Shown piece by piece: positions 28,011 to 38,757 of a stretch of DNA of 64,000 nt (within the stretch, counting starts at the first letter, position 1; each line of letters begins with the position of its first letter). The notes below the pieces were generated by a model that did no database searches, was not told the origin of the DNA, and was given only the letters and a program-made list of their open reading frames with translations. The stretch is taken from the NCBI GenBank assembly GCA_045597865.1, contig JAZLKX010000052.1:192001-256000 (forward strand). Reading direction: 5' to 3'. The stretch is from Bacilli bacterium (lineage in GTDB: Bacteria; Bacillota_I; Bacilli_A; RFN20; CAG-826). The position numbers and the translations under genes were made by a program.

Positions 28011-28838
28011 ATGGAATCTAAAAAGATTATTCGTAATGTCAATGTCGGCGGCGAACTTGGTTCCGCTGCTGAAGATGCAATGACACAGGCAGGTGTTGGC
28101 GTATCGCAAATGCCTGAAGATGCCGTTATTATTAACAATTCTATGCTGCCATCAAAAGGTGTATGCTATGGCGGAAAACAGCTTTATATTACGCCGTTGA
28201 CTTCCAAGAACTTAAAGGACCTCAATACAATGACTGAAGAAACAGCAAACGCAACGCTTAATAATGTTCTTGCTGAACGAATTGGCGGTATTGACCATCG
28301 TGATATTCTTCAGGGTGATAAGATCTGGCTTATCTTCTACCTTCGTGCAGTTACATACGATGATTTCCCAATCTTTATGAAGTACAACTGTCCAGACTGC
28401 AAACGCGCTGATGTTTATAAAATGCGCATGGCTGACTTGAATGTCAATTATGTTAAGGAAGATTTTGACTTCAAGCTAAAGCTACCTAAGTCAAATGATT
28501 TGCTTACTTTGCGTTTCCCAACATTGGGACATGAAGCAAAGGGCGAAAAGCTCAAGAATGATACCAACATCATTGAAGCAGTTGACCCTGAACTTGTTGA
28601 CGTATCTTTGTATATTGCTGAAGTAAATGGCGAAAGCTTGACTACATACGAAGCATATAACTACACAAAGAACATGAAGGCATTGGACTTCGCAGCATTC
28701 ACAAACAATATGATTGACAACAACATTGGTCTAAACCCAATCGTTGAAATCCCTTGTGCATGTGGCATAGTTGTATCTAAGAGAATTGGATTTACACCTG
28801 ATTTCTTCATGCCTAAGTTTGATAAGTATCAGGCTTAA
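28011..28838 (+). CDS. Baseplate hub assembly protein, gp26-like (paralogue 1)
   Basis: LPSKG..Y, DKIWLIFYLRA, CPDC, LPKS....LRFPT, CACG. Confidence 0.8.
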   Translation: MESKKIIRNVNVGGELGSAAEDAMTQAGVGVSQMPEDAVIINNSMLPSKGVCYGGKQLYITPLTSKNLKDLNTMTEETANATLNNVLAERIGGIDHRDILQGDKIWLIFYLRAVTYDDFPIFMKYNCPDCKRADVYKMRMADLNVNYVKEDFDFKLKLPKSNDLLTLRFPTLGHEAKGEKLKNDTNIIEAVDPELVDVSLYIAEVNGESLTTYEAYNYTKNMKALDFAAFTNNMIDNNIGLNPIVEIPCACGIVVSKRIGFTPDFFMPKFDKYQA

Positions 28839-28857
28839 TTGATTTACCATCTAGCTT

Positions 28858-28906
28858 GGGTGACTATTTTAGTCACCCATTTTTCTTTATAAATAATATA
28901 AAGAAA
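28858..28906 (+). promoter_or_regulatory. Terminator followed by a late promoter in a hairpin
   Basis: GGGTGACT/AGTCACCC with a T tract; TATAAATA 28888-28895 within TTTCTTTAT/ATAAAGAAA. Confidence 0.7.
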
Positions 28907-28918
28907 GAAGGTACATAA

Positions 28919-31648
28919 ATGGCAAGCAATACAGACTATACCCGTTTTACCTATCAGGAGCTATTGGAGGATTTCCAAAACCGTTTAGCTTCTGATGAAC
29001 GTTTTAAGAATTTATCAGCTGCATCTATTTATCAGATGTTCATGGAATTGCTGACTGGTACAATGGACCAGACTAACTTCATGATTCAAAGAACTGCTGA
29101 AGAAGCTTTTATTGATACTGCACGTTTAGACAGTTCAGTTATTAAGTACGCAAAGAACCTTGGCTATTCACCGCGACGTCCTGCACCAGCTCAGACTGAA
29201 TTGGTAATTAAGATTAAAGGACCACTTCCAAAATCGCTGCGTCCAAAGGCAACTATATATTTCTCACAAGAAGAAGTTGACTTAACGTATAATGATAACA
29301 AGTTCATGCTAAGTACTGACTATTCCTATACATTTGATGAAGCTGATATTCGTGACGGTCAGTCAGCTACTTGGTCCAAAACACTTGTGTTTGCCAGAAA
29401 TTCCTCGTCAATGCGTTATTATGAATTGGGAGGTATTAAACTGTATTCATCAGCTGACGCCGTACCTTTAAAAGCATTTCAGGGTGAATTAAAAGTTGAA
29501 GTAATCAAAGGTACAGCCAATGTAAGAAAACTAGGGAAAAACTACCAGTATTATGATGTTGATGACCTTGAATGGTCAAACTGGTATGGACGCCGCGACC
29601 CCAATGCGTACTCCCGTGGAAGGTATTATAAGACGGCTGGATACACCAAGATTGGTATCGGTAAAACACAAAGCGAAGCTTTCAAAGAAGACAACCTCTT
29701 TGATATTGAAGACTGTTCAATTTACTTAAATGAAGGCGTTTTTGAATTTGAAGATTCCGATGAAAATGATCCACTTCGTGTATGTCAGGTTACAACTAAC
29801 CAAGACAAGACCGTTCGTATTCAGTTCGGCGATGGTGTCATTGTAAGAAACGGTATGATCCGTGATACTGAAAACATTTACATTCAGTATCTGAAGACTA
29901 AAGGTTCCGACGCAAATGCGTTGGGTACTAAAGGCAGTACCTTTACTACTACATGTAAGTTCTATGCTACGCAGGCAGGCGGTACAGTTGATGTTACCAA
30001 TAACATCCAGATTCAGTTGAACTCAGATATTCTTGATGGTACTGATTTTGAAACCGCACAGTCAATTAAGAACAATGCTCCTAGGTATTATGCTGCCGCT
30101 GGCCGTTTGGTTACAAAGAGCGATTTCATTTCATACTTCAATGCTATGACCGCCCCTGTCAAGGTTGCTAATGCAAATGCTTGGGGACAGGATGAAATTG
30201 AAGAATTATATGAAGGCGGCACAATTACTTATAAGTACCTACAGAACTTGATTATGTACTGTATTGCCGCAAGTACATATAACATCAATGGTAAAGTGAA
30301 TAGCGTAAGAAATGTTCTTGATGAAGATGATGATGCCTTTGGCGCATTTACGGTATTTGGATCTGGCACATCATACCTACAGCATTTAACAGATTACATC
30401 AAAATGCTATTGAGTTTCAACTCATTCAACTCACAGCAATACATGCGTAACCCGTCAAAACAATGGCAGAAAAATATCAAGAAAATTCGTCAGCAACTAA
30501 ATGACAGAATGATTATGAATAGCCGCCTATACGCTATGCCGCCATTCGTACAATACTTTGATGTATGCGGTTCAGTAGAAATTGAGTCGCTTGCTAAACT
30601 TCAGGATTATAAGCTAAAGGTTGAAAATGACATTTATGAATGGCTGAATGATCATAGTGCATTCAACACGCCAATCTATAAAGCTGACATTCTAAAGTTC
30701 TTTGCTAATCGCCCAGAAACAAAAGCAATTAACCTTGACATTAAGGTATCAGAATGGATAAAGGGAACTGAAAACTGTCTGTCATACAACATCAGCGATA
30801 AATCATTTAACCAGATTTATTCAATGAATCGCAACTTACCCGGGGCTCCTTCATATACAAATGAAGGCGACCATATCAACTATAACGTAATCACATTACC
30901 AAGGACTGATGCAAATGGTAATCGTTTAACTGCTGACAGTTTACGAAACAAAAACATTCGTATAAAGCTATATGGCTATAACTCCGCCGACCGTGAAACA
31001 AAGTTCAGAAATGAATTCCAGTTTACTCCGTACGAAGTAACTGAAACATCGCAGAACATTGTGATTAGCATGTATGGTTACCAATCACGTTCGAAATATG
31101 ATGTGATTAACCAACAGGCAATGATTTATGTTTACGTAGTTTCATCTGGTGACTTTGCATCTACAACAAACTTCTCAACAGCAAACGCACAATCTTACGG
31201 TCTTACTCAGGCTCAGGTAGCTGCGGTTGAAAATGATCTTAAGCGTTGGATTCAAAACGCTACAGTTGTTCGTGAAGCTGACCGTGCTATTCCATTGCCG
31301 TATTATGTTGAAACGATGGACGAGATTACTCGTCAAGAAACAATCTTGCGTGTTGGCGCTGTACAGAATCAGCTTGAAACTGAATTGACTGAAAAATCAT
31401 TCTGGCAGTATATGGTGCCACAGATAATTTCAAAATACTACTATTCATCATTTACTGATATGAATGATGAAGACGTGAATGGCACTTTATGGAATAACAT
31501 CAATAACCTTGTGGTGGATATATATAAACTGATGAAGGCAACATTCTGTGATTCAGTTCTTGATGATAACAATAACATCGTGAACTTCTCAATGGATAAT
31601 GAATTGCCCGTCGTTCGTTTGAACATCACCTATAAGTATAGGAGCTAA
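28919..31648 (+). CDS. Baseplate wedge protein (T4 gp6)
   Basis: EAFIDTARLDSSVIKYAKNLGYSP, IQFGDGV, YLKTKG..AN, APRYYAAAGRLVTKSDF. Confidence 0.92.
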   Translation: MASNTDYTRFTYQELLEDFQNRLASDERFKNLSAASIYQMFMELLTGTMDQTNFMIQRTAEEAFIDTARLDSSVIKYAKNLGYSPRRPAPAQTELVIKIKGPLPKSLRPKATIYFSQEEVDLTYNDNKFMLSTDYSYTFDEADIRDGQSATWSKTLVFARNSSSMRYYELGGIKLYSSADAVPLKAFQGELKVEVIKGTANVRKLGKNYQYYDVDDLEWSNWYGRRDPNAYSRGRYYKTAGYTKIGIGKTQSEAFKEDNLFDIEDCSIYLNEGVFEFEDSDENDPLRVCQVTTNQDKTVRIQFGDGVIVRNGMIRDTENIYIQYLKTKGSDANALGTKGSTFTTTCKFYATQAGGTVDVTNNIQIQLNSDILDGTDFETAQSIKNNAPRYYAAAGRLVTKSDFISYFNAMTAPVKVANANAWGQDEIEELYEGGTITYKYLQNLIMYCIAASTYNINGKVNSVRNVLDEDDDAFGAFTVFGSGTSYLQHLTDYIKMLLSFNSFNSQQYMRNPSKQWQKNIKKIRQQLNDRMIMNSRLYAMPPFVQYFDVCGSVEIESLAKLQDYKLKVENDIYEWLNDHSAFNTPIYKADILKFFANRPETKAINLDIKVSEWIKGTENCLSYNISDKSFNQIYSMNRNLPGAPSYTNEGDHINYNVITLPRTDANGNRLTADSLRNKNIRIKLYGYNSADRETKFRNEFQFTPYEVTETSQNIVISMYGYQSRSKYDVINQQAMIYVYVVSSGDFASTTNFSTANAQSYGLTQAQVAAVENDLKRWIQNATVVREADRAIPLPYYVETMDEITRQETILRVGAVQNQLETELTEKSFWQYMVPQIISKYYYSSFTDMNDEDVNGTLWNNINNLVVDIYKLMKATFCDSVLDDNNNIVNFSMDNELPVVRLNITYKYRS

Positions 31649-31651
31649 TTT

Positions 31652-33493
31652 ATGTCAATGTATGTTGACACAAAATACCAAAACTTTTTAGCAACGATTA
31701 CGGTTAAGAGTGACTCAATAGACGCCATTGATTTATATAATCCAGCGTTTCATATTGACTTTACTAATCAGTTTGATGCTGCTGCGAATGCAATTAAAAT
31801 TGCTGAGCTGATTGATGAAAGAGCTGGCTATGAAAAGATAAATGCAGCTGCTATTGCCGAAGCTGAAAATGTATTGGATGATTTACACAAGAAGCTACGT
31901 TATGTAAGCACAGCTGCGGAAAAAGATGAACTGCAAAATGAATGTAAGAAACAAACTGTTATAATCAATTCATTAACACAAGAAATATGGCAATGTGAGC
32001 ACGGTAAGTATAACAAGTGCGACAAATGTAATGGCGCTGGTTTTGAGGCTGATGGCGTTATTTGTTCAAAGTGTAATGGCAAATGCCTTGACATGTCCGA
32101 AAAGATAAGTAACGGCATTGAAGATTACCTGAACATAGCCAACTCACCAATGTTATCAATCGGTAACGACAACGCAGTGAAGCCTGATGTTTACTGCAAT
32201 GCTGATGATGAAACTTTAATTCGTAACGGTATGCAGTACTGGATAAATGAAGACAAGAAATCAATGACATTCCGTTTTATTCCACAACTTAAAGTTATTA
32301 GCGAAACACAAGTAACGCCTACACCAACCAATACATTTTTAATTGGGTCCACACTGACCGATATTGACTTGAATGATGATTGGAGAAATCCTAATTGGCA
32401 AACGATTGAGGAATATGTCAAATGGCGCTATGAGGAATTCGCCGACGGTTCTTATCCTACATACACAGGTTGTACTGAGAATATAGCAGATCCAGAAATT
32501 GAACACACCAAGAATGAAGCAGACCTCATCACTGTGTTACATACCATGCATAATGCGCGGTATCGTGATTGGCGTTTTATTTTTATAAACGAATGCTATT
32601 ATGATAATACTGGCGCTATTAAGGTATGGAGAAAATGGGGACTTGAAGAAGGTGATAATTATGATGATATTAGAAAAATTGAACCACCTGAAATCATTGA
32701 CCCGCCAATTACAACCGGCTCTCAGCTAGGCGCATCTGAAACCATTGCTACTGAACCAAATCCGTTACCATTTCAATCGGTAGTTTGTGTTGTTGCTTTT
32801 GACTATAATAATGTTGCTCGTTTTGAAGTATCTTTGCTACCACGGCTTATCTCAGGCGATATTGAAAAACAGGATCCATTAGATCCTGACCCAATTTTAG
32901 GTCAGGGTACATGGAACACAACTGCTTATAATGTACACACAAAAGAAACTGACATTATTGCTCACCCATTGCCTAACTCAGCCTGCGATCCTGCCCGTCC
33001 GGAAATAGTACCTGACGGAGACAAGATTCATCCTAACTTAGTTAAAGGTAATGTTGGCGAAATCCCTAGAACTGATTATGAATGGAACAGCCCTATTGAC
33101 CGTGACCATTTGTACATCAATAATACCGACGGCACTATACCTGAGCAAGTTGTGCCATTGTATGTATGCAAAACAAGTGCATTCATTTCACAGCAACTAA
33201 TGGATGAAGGATATAAGTTTGATTGGACAAAATTCAAATCAGATCTTTATGATGTAGCAGTTGGATCTGCCGTAGAAATTCCATACACAATAAACGGCAG
33301 CACAGATTTTGCTTCGCTTGAACCGCAGGAGATTACTGCGATGCTGGTTGAAACATATCAGGGTGATGATGAGGAACTACTTGAACTAAATAAAGCTAAA
33401 TTCAATATGTATGAAATAGTTCAAATGCTTGAAACATCAAGCAAAGATGCAACTGTTTCAAAGAACCAATTAAGATGTAGGGTTGCTATCTAA
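31652..33493 (+). CDS. Baseplate-region protein with a DnaJ-type zinc-finger pair
   Basis: CDKCNGAG...CSKCNGK following a coiled coil. Confidence 0.65.
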   Translation: MSMYVDTKYQNFLATITVKSDSIDAIDLYNPAFHIDFTNQFDAAANAIKIAELIDERAGYEKINAAAIAEAENVLDDLHKKLRYVSTAAEKDELQNECKKQTVIINSLTQEIWQCEHGKYNKCDKCNGAGFEADGVICSKCNGKCLDMSEKISNGIEDYLNIANSPMLSIGNDNAVKPDVYCNADDETLIRNGMQYWINEDKKSMTFRFIPQLKVISETQVTPTPTNTFLIGSTLTDIDLNDDWRNPNWQTIEEYVKWRYEEFADGSYPTYTGCTENIADPEIEHTKNEADLITVLHTMHNARYRDWRFIFINECYYDNTGAIKVWRKWGLEEGDNYDDIRKIEPPEIIDPPITTGSQLGASETIATEPNPLPFQSVVCVVAFDYNNVARFEVSLLPRLISGDIEKQDPLDPDPILGQGTWNTTAYNVHTKETDIIAHPLPNSACDPARPEIVPDGDKIHPNLVKGNVGEIPRTDYEWNSPIDRDHLYINNTDGTIPEQVVPLYVCKTSAFISQQLMDEGYKFDWTKFKSDLYDVAVGSAVEIPYTINGSTDFASLEPQEITAMLVETYQGDDEELLELNKAKFNMYEIVQMLETSSKDATVSKNQLRCRVAI

Positions 33494-34044
33494 TGCCAGG
33501 TATTACAAGTCAAATAAATGATTTTAATAAGAACAAGTTCATGGTACGTTTTAGCAACGTACCTAACATGACGGGTTATGACAAGATTGATGTTCATGTG
33601 CTGAACAATTATGTACAGGCATTTAACATTCCAGACATTTCTGTTCCAATGCTTACATCAGTATTTGGCCATGAACGCCAGCTACACCCTAACACAATTG
33701 GTTCTCGTGATTTGCAGACTATCAATATGGAGTTCAAGATTGATGAACATATGTTTAACTTCTGGCTCATGTATTCATGGCTGTATAACATGAGACACGG
33801 GCAAACCTGTGGTAAGAAAAACCTTAAAGGTGAAGAGCTTGTTAGAATGGACTGTATTGACTGTATTGAGCTCTGCTTGCTTGATAACGATAACCACCTA
33901 ATTTCAAAACTGCGCTTTCATCACTGCATCATTAACAACATCAGCGCTTTGGATCTTTCATTCAAGAGTTCTGACTTAGGTACAATGGTAGTAACATTTG
34001 AAGTTGAAGACATGTCATTCCATGTTGAAACTGACGAGGAATAA
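33493..34044 (+). CDS. Tail tube-fold protein (gp3 tail terminator-like)
   Basis: VQAFNIPDIS...LQTINMEFKIDEHMFNF..MYSWL...ISALDL. Confidence 0.65.
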   Translation: MPGITSQINDFNKNKFMVRFSNVPNMTGYDKIDVHVLNNYVQAFNIPDISVPMLTSVFGHERQLHPNTIGSRDLQTINMEFKIDEHMFNFWLMYSWLYNMRHGQTCGKKNLKGEELVRMDCIDCIELCLLDNDNHLISKLRFHHCIINNISALDLSFKSSDLGTMVVTFEVEDMSFHVETDEE

Positions 34045-34754
34045 TGGAATTATCTAATCCAAATCATTGTGGCATCTGCGGGATTGTTTTTAACAACTCC
34101 CGCTCTTTGCTAATGCATGTAACACAAAAACATAACATGGACGCTAAGTTCTACTATGATAAAGTAAAGAAAGAAAAGAACGAAGGCATCTGTCCTTGTT
34201 GCGGTAATCAAACTGCATACATTGATTTTACTCGTGGCTATTCAAGATTCTGTTCAACAAAGTGTTCCGTTGCTTGGCAGAAATCTCATGCAGAAAAATC
34301 AGAAATCATTTGTAAAGAATGCGGCGAAAAATTTGAGGCTGACTCTAAGAACGCCGTTGCTATGGCATTTGCTCGCCACTTACGCAATGACCATCAAATG
34401 ACACCTAAGGACTATTATGATAAGTATATGAAACTGGAAGGCGAAGGTGTTTGCCCTGAATGTGGCAAAGAAACTGCATTCCTTAAAATGTCGCAAGGTT
34501 ATGCTAAGTTTTGCTCTCGTGAATGCACTCGTGCTGCCACACAACGAGAAAAAGCTGCTAACCGCGAAGAATTCAAACAGTTCAAAGAAGAACAGGCTCA
34601 GATTATCATAACTGAAGAAATGCGTCAGGAAGAATGGAAAAAAGAATGTGCTCGACGTTTAGCAGAGTTTGAAGCGCCGGAAAGGTGTACATTCAATAGA
34701 ACTGATTTTGGGATCATTGGTTCATTTGGAACTATAACTGAGTGGCTCCAATAA
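34044..34754 (+). CDS. Tandem zinc-finger protein related to the N-terminus of the 4277 endonuclease, with no nuclease domain
   Basis: Two copies of CxxC...H...H..YYDK.....EG.CPxCG..T......GY..FCSxxC. Confidence 0.75.
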   Translation: MELSNPNHCGICGIVFNNSRSLLMHVTQKHNMDAKFYYDKVKKEKNEGICPCCGNQTAYIDFTRGYSRFCSTKCSVAWQKSHAEKSEIICKECGEKFEADSKNAVAMAFARHLRNDHQMTPKDYYDKYMKLEGEGVCPECGKETAFLKMSQGYAKFCSRECTRAATQREKAANREEFKQFKEEQAQIIITEEMRQEEWKKECARRLAEFEAPERCTFNRTDFGIIGSFGTITEWLQ

Positions 34755-34774
34755 ATATATTAGAGGTAAAGTAA

Positions 34775-36826
34775 ATGCCAGATATCAAAGACACCATGAA
34801 TGCTAAGGCTGCTGCTGAATCTTTAGCTGCCCAGCAGGGCGCTGCTAAGTCAGCTGCTGAACAGGCTCAAGCTGCTAAAGACCAACTTAAAACACTGGCT
34901 GACCAGAATAAAATTCACATGGATATAGGTGAAGCAGCGGAAAGTTCAGAAAGTTCTTTAAAAGAACTTGTTGGCTTAGTTAAGACGCTGTTAGATAAAT
35001 CTACTGAACAGACGGCAGCTTTAGGCCAACTATCAGCCGCTAAGCAAGCTTCTAATATGGCTAAACCTGGTGCTGGTGATAATGGCATCAAAACACAGGA
35101 AGTACATTTTAAAACTGTTGGTACTTTGCTGAAAATGATTGTTAAAGCAAAGTTGAAAGAAGCTATTGCTAATACAAGAAAGGGCAAGCTATTTGGCAAG
35201 GTTAGTAAAGCATTGACTAAGCAAGGACAAAAAGCAACAAAAACTATTGATGCAAAAAGCATGAAACAGGAAGGCAAAGGCGACGGTAAGCTACAGGCGC
35301 CACAACTGGATAATAAGATGCTTGCTTCATCATTGATGCAAGGCGTTGTTACTGCGCTCAATCCTATTGCTTTGGTAACTGCATTCCTTACTAAAGTATT
35401 GCCGCTAATAATCATTTTAGGTATTTTGTTATACGGCTTTATCACAGGCTTCTTAGGCGGCGATGTGTATGATGTTATCGCTGTGATGGTTGGCATTATC
35501 ATTGCAGCCATTATTGCGTACGTTGCGTGGATGATGATTAAAGAAGCTATCGTAATTGGTATTAAGATAGCGTGTGAAATTTTGAAAGTTGTTATTGAAG
35601 CTGCCGCTGACTGGTTTGCTGTTGGTATCATTGTAGCAATGGTTGCTGTGATTGGCATTGCATTCCTCGCAGCTGCTGCATTGATTATCATTCTTTTGGC
35701 CGGTGCGTTGCTTTTAATTGCCGTTGCATTTGCATTCGTTTTTAAGATGATCATTGAACAGATCATCAAACTGGTTAAGGTATTATACGACCTATTCATG
35801 AACTTCATTGATAAGATTATTAACTGTATCTTAATTGTTATTGATAAGGTCGCGGACGTATTTAGCAGAGTAGGCGATAAATTCTTTGACATCATTGATA
35901 AGATTTTTGATTTGATTATGGCACCGGCTAACATGATTATGAACTTATTCCAGTCAGTCGGCGATACAGTATCAAATATCGTTGATAAAATTGTCGGTTT
36001 ATTTAGCGGTGTTGCTGGAAAACTTTTAAACAAAATTCTTGGTATTTTTAGCAGTGACGCTGCGGCTGAAGAAGAAGCTGCCGCTAAACCAATTATCGTT
36101 AATTCATTAAATGCAGCCTTATGGAATGATCAGAAACTTGGTGAACGAATGGAATCAGCATGGCGTGAAGGTATTAACACCTTTATAGTGACTGTAACTG
36201 CGGCTGTCATGACCACTTTGGCGACAGCATTTGAGACAATGATTGCTACAGCTACAACATTACTCACTGCTATGCTTACATCAATTGTTGCATTATTTGC
36301 TTCATATATGCAAACCCTTGGTGTAGCACTAACACAGCTTACGATGTTATTTGGCGCAGCCTTTACTGGCATAACAACAATTACTATGACATTCATTGGC
36401 TTGCTAATGACTATGCCGCTGCTTGGCATGCTATTTGGTTTGGTTGGTAAAAATTCATTTAAAGATGCTATTGAACCATTGCTACACGTAACTGAACAAA
36501 TTGCGGATCTGCTTCATCATTTAGTAGCAAACAGCATTAGCCGTAAGTCTAGCATGGTTAAAACAACAGCAATAAACAATTCATCAGTTGATGGTTCAGA
36601 AACCTACAACACAACAAATGTTGATAACACAGCATATCCATCAGACGGCGGCAGAACATTTAGTGAAGCTAATGAGGTTGGCGCTGCTAACAATCAGGCG
36701 GTTCATAATGGTGCTGATGCTCCAATTACACAAGGCTTCTTAGCAGAACAAATCAAGATCTTAACAAATGCACTAGCTGAACTTGGTGAATCACTCGGTG
36801 AAACTGTTGAACAAGGATGGTTTTAA
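34775..36826 (+). CDS. Putative tape measure / membrane-spanning tail protein
   Basis: Ala-rich helical N-terminus, long hydrophobic central stretches, 11-residue periodic IIDKI repeats; located among baseplate genes. Confidence 0.6.
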   Translation: MPDIKDTMNAKAAAESLAAQQGAAKSAAEQAQAAKDQLKTLADQNKIHMDIGEAAESSESSLKELVGLVKTLLDKSTEQTAALGQLSAAKQASNMAKPGAGDNGIKTQEVHFKTVGTLLKMIVKAKLKEAIANTRKGKLFGKVSKALTKQGQKATKTIDAKSMKQEGKGDGKLQAPQLDNKMLASSLMQGVVTALNPIALVTAFLTKVLPLIIILGILLYGFITGFLGGDVYDVIAVMVGIIIAAIIAYVAWMMIKEAIVIGIKIACEILKVVIEAAADWFAVGIIVAMVAVIGIAFLAAAALIIILLAGALLLIAVAFAFVFKMIIEQIIKLVKVLYDLFMNFIDKIINCILIVIDKVADVFSRVGDKFFDIIDKIFDLIMAPANMIMNLFQSVGDTVSNIVDKIVGLFSGVAGKLLNKILGIFSSDAAAEEEAAAKPIIVNSLNAALWNDQKLGERMESAWREGINTFIVTVTAAVMTTLATAFETMIATATTLLTAMLTSIVALFASYMQTLGVALTQLTMLFGAAFTGITTITMTFIGLLMTMPLLGMLFGLVGKNSFKDAIEPLLHVTEQIADLLHHLVANSISRKSSMVKTTAINNSSVDGSETYNTTNVDNTAYPSDGGRTFSEANEVGAANNQAVHNGADAPITQGFLAEQIKILTNALAELGESLGETVEQGWF

Positions 36827-36828
36827 TA

Positions 36829-37755
36829 ATGGCGCTAACAGTACAACGCGGCAATAGAGTCGGACAATTTAATAGAAAAGACGCTAGTCCAGTCCAGCGT
36901 TCATCTATGGTTTATCTAAAAGTCTTTAATACCGGGTTTCTTGGCACAACCGATTATCAGTGGCTGCCTGATTGGGCTAGACTTGGCTTTTGGGTTATAA
37001 ATCTTGAGCCGTTCACCGTTTCAGCTAGCACATCATGGAAAAATAATGCAGGTGCTACTATTGCTGGAAAAATCAATGACTTAATGGATTCAACTGTGCT
37101 CAAAATACTTCAAGGACAAAATGCGTTTCAGTCAGTCGCAACCGATAGCTGGACACAACAGGTCGTTGAAAAAGGCAGTCCATTAAGTTGTAACCTCAAG
37201 TTTAGAATTTATTATAACAAAGACAATAACTTCAATGAACAGGCAAATCCAACTTACAAAGGTTTAATCAAATTTTTTACAGCAGTATCAGCACCACCTA
37301 GGCAGTATTCATTGTGGGAAGGTATTACTGGCCAGATTGGCGCAGCTTTACGAAATGCTAAACAGATGGACAGCGACATCAAGACTGCATCTGAATATAA
37401 AACTGCAGAAGGCAAAACACGCACCGACTATGGTAAAGCAATAAAATACACGCTTGCGTCAATACCGCAAAACGGCGGCTTTGATGAACCCGGTGACACT
37501 GGACACGGCGCAGTTCGCGGACAATTTACATTTAACATTAGCACTGAAAAAATGGGCTGTAATTCGCTTGACTGGATTCTTAAGAGTTTTTCATGGACAC
37601 CGTCTCAACAGATGGTAATAGAAAAAGGTAAACCAAATCCATTGTGGGTTGATTTTGAATGTGCATTTGAAACAAACATTTGCCCGTCAAATGCTTATGT
37701 TTCAAAATTCATGCTTAAAAGAAATTCTGTGAAAGTAAAACCGAAAAATGGCTAA
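36829..37755 (+). CDS. Baseplate/tail-tube cap-like protein (gp48-like, paralogue 1)
   Basis: ASTSW..., CNLKFRIY, WILKSFSWTPS; shares motifs with the convergent gene 37752-38699. Confidence 0.45.
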   Translation: MALTVQRGNRVGQFNRKDASPVQRSSMVYLKVFNTGFLGTTDYQWLPDWARLGFWVINLEPFTVSASTSWKNNAGATIAGKINDLMDSTVLKILQGQNAFQSVATDSWTQQVVEKGSPLSCNLKFRIYYNKDNNFNEQANPTYKGLIKFFTAVSAPPRQYSLWEGITGQIGAALRNAKQMDSDIKTASEYKTAEGKTRTDYGKAIKYTLASIPQNGGFDEPGDTGHGAVRGQFTFNISTEKMGCNSLDWILKSFSWTPSQQMVIEKGKPNPLWVDFECAFETNICPSNAYVSKFMLKRNSVKVKPKNG

Positions 37756-38699
37756 GATATAATTTTAAGCCATGATTTTGCAGATAGTACTTGGTCCATA
37801 GTACAACTTATCGTGAAATCATAATAGTAATGATCATTCATATCAGTGTTCCATTCACGCGACGGCGTAACCGACCAAGAATCAATATATACAGTAAGTG
37901 GTGAATTATAAATGAATGGATAAATTTTTAGCTGAAACAGATTAGCACCAAAGATTTTATATTGATTTGCTGCGTGTGCTCTGTCATTACCAGGTCCTGA
38001 AGTATTATATTTTCTGATAGCCTGTTCAATTTCCTTCATACCATCATTTGCTTCAGCATCATTCGTGAAAGTCGCTGGCGCACCTGTGCTCCCACTGTTT
38101 ATTCCAATTTGTGAACTGGCTGCACGGCTACGTAAGTCTCCTGAAGATATTGCCGCAGGTTCACTTTCTTCACCTTGTTTTTTATCGTCTTTTTCTTTTC
38201 CTAAAGCACTAAAGAATGCTTCAGCACTAGCCATTGCATCAGCGATTTGGTCAAGAAATTTTCCAACTGAAAATCCACAATTTGAATTTGGCGGGGTTGT
38301 CAATGCTAGAAATAATTTCCATTCGCCCGCGTTTCTTAGAGAATGCGGGCCTATTTTTTGCCCTGGATAGCATCTGAATTTCAAATCAAATTTTGGCGGT
38401 GCATAACCTTTATATATGCGTGCGGTCATTGCATCCATAGCTTGCATTTTGCCGCCAGGTCCGTCTGGCTGATTGGCAGCGATAAACTGCAAAATGTCAT
38501 TATTCAATAAGTCTTCGAGTTTTTCGCCAATTTCAGCTGCAGGTGAATTTTGCCAGTCAGTACTCATGCCCACAGGCGGCAGCTCTGATAAGACGCCGTC
38601 AAAATACATAACTGTACCATTTACATTGGTGCTTAGTACGAAATAGTTATTGCCGTATGTTTGCCATTTAGCATCTGAATTGATATTAGCGTCACTCAT
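37752..38699 (-). CDS. Baseplate/tail-tube cap-like protein (gp48-like, paralogue 2)
   Basis: MSTDW..., FDLKFRCY, TTPP, YIDSWSVTPS; minus-strand GATAAATA at 38716-38723. Confidence 0.45.
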   Translation of the reverse strand: MSDANINSDAKWQTYGNNYFVLSTNVNGTVMYFDGVLSELPPVGMSTDWQNSPAAEIGEKLEDLLNNDILQFIAANQPDGPGGKMQAMDAMTARIYKGYAPPKFDLKFRCYPGQKIGPHSLRNAGEWKLFLALTTPPNSNCGFSVGKFLDQIADAMASAEAFFSALGKEKDDKKQGEESEPAAISSGDLRSRAASSQIGINSGSTGAPATFTNDAEANDGMKEIEQAIRKYNTSGPGNDRAHAANQYKIFGANLFQLKIYPFIYNSPLTVYIDSWSVTPSREWNTDMNDHYYYDFTISCTMDQVLSAKSWLKIIS

Positions 38700-38708
38700 A
38701 TAAACTTC

Positions 38709-38747
38709 CTTTTTGTATTTATCTAAGGTAGGTATAAATATAAAAAG
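38709..38747. promoter_or_regulatory. Back-to-back divergent late promoters forming a 14-bp inverted repeat
   Basis: CTTTTTGTATTTAT 38709-38722 / ATAAATATAAAAAG 38734-38747; TATAAATA at 38733-38740. Confidence 0.7.
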
Positions 38748-38757
38748 AGAAAAAGTT

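Noticed and set aside
34915-36033. 372-aa minus-strand ORF
   Set aside because: Antisense to the hydrophobic tape-measure-like gene; Ile/Thr/Asn mirror composition
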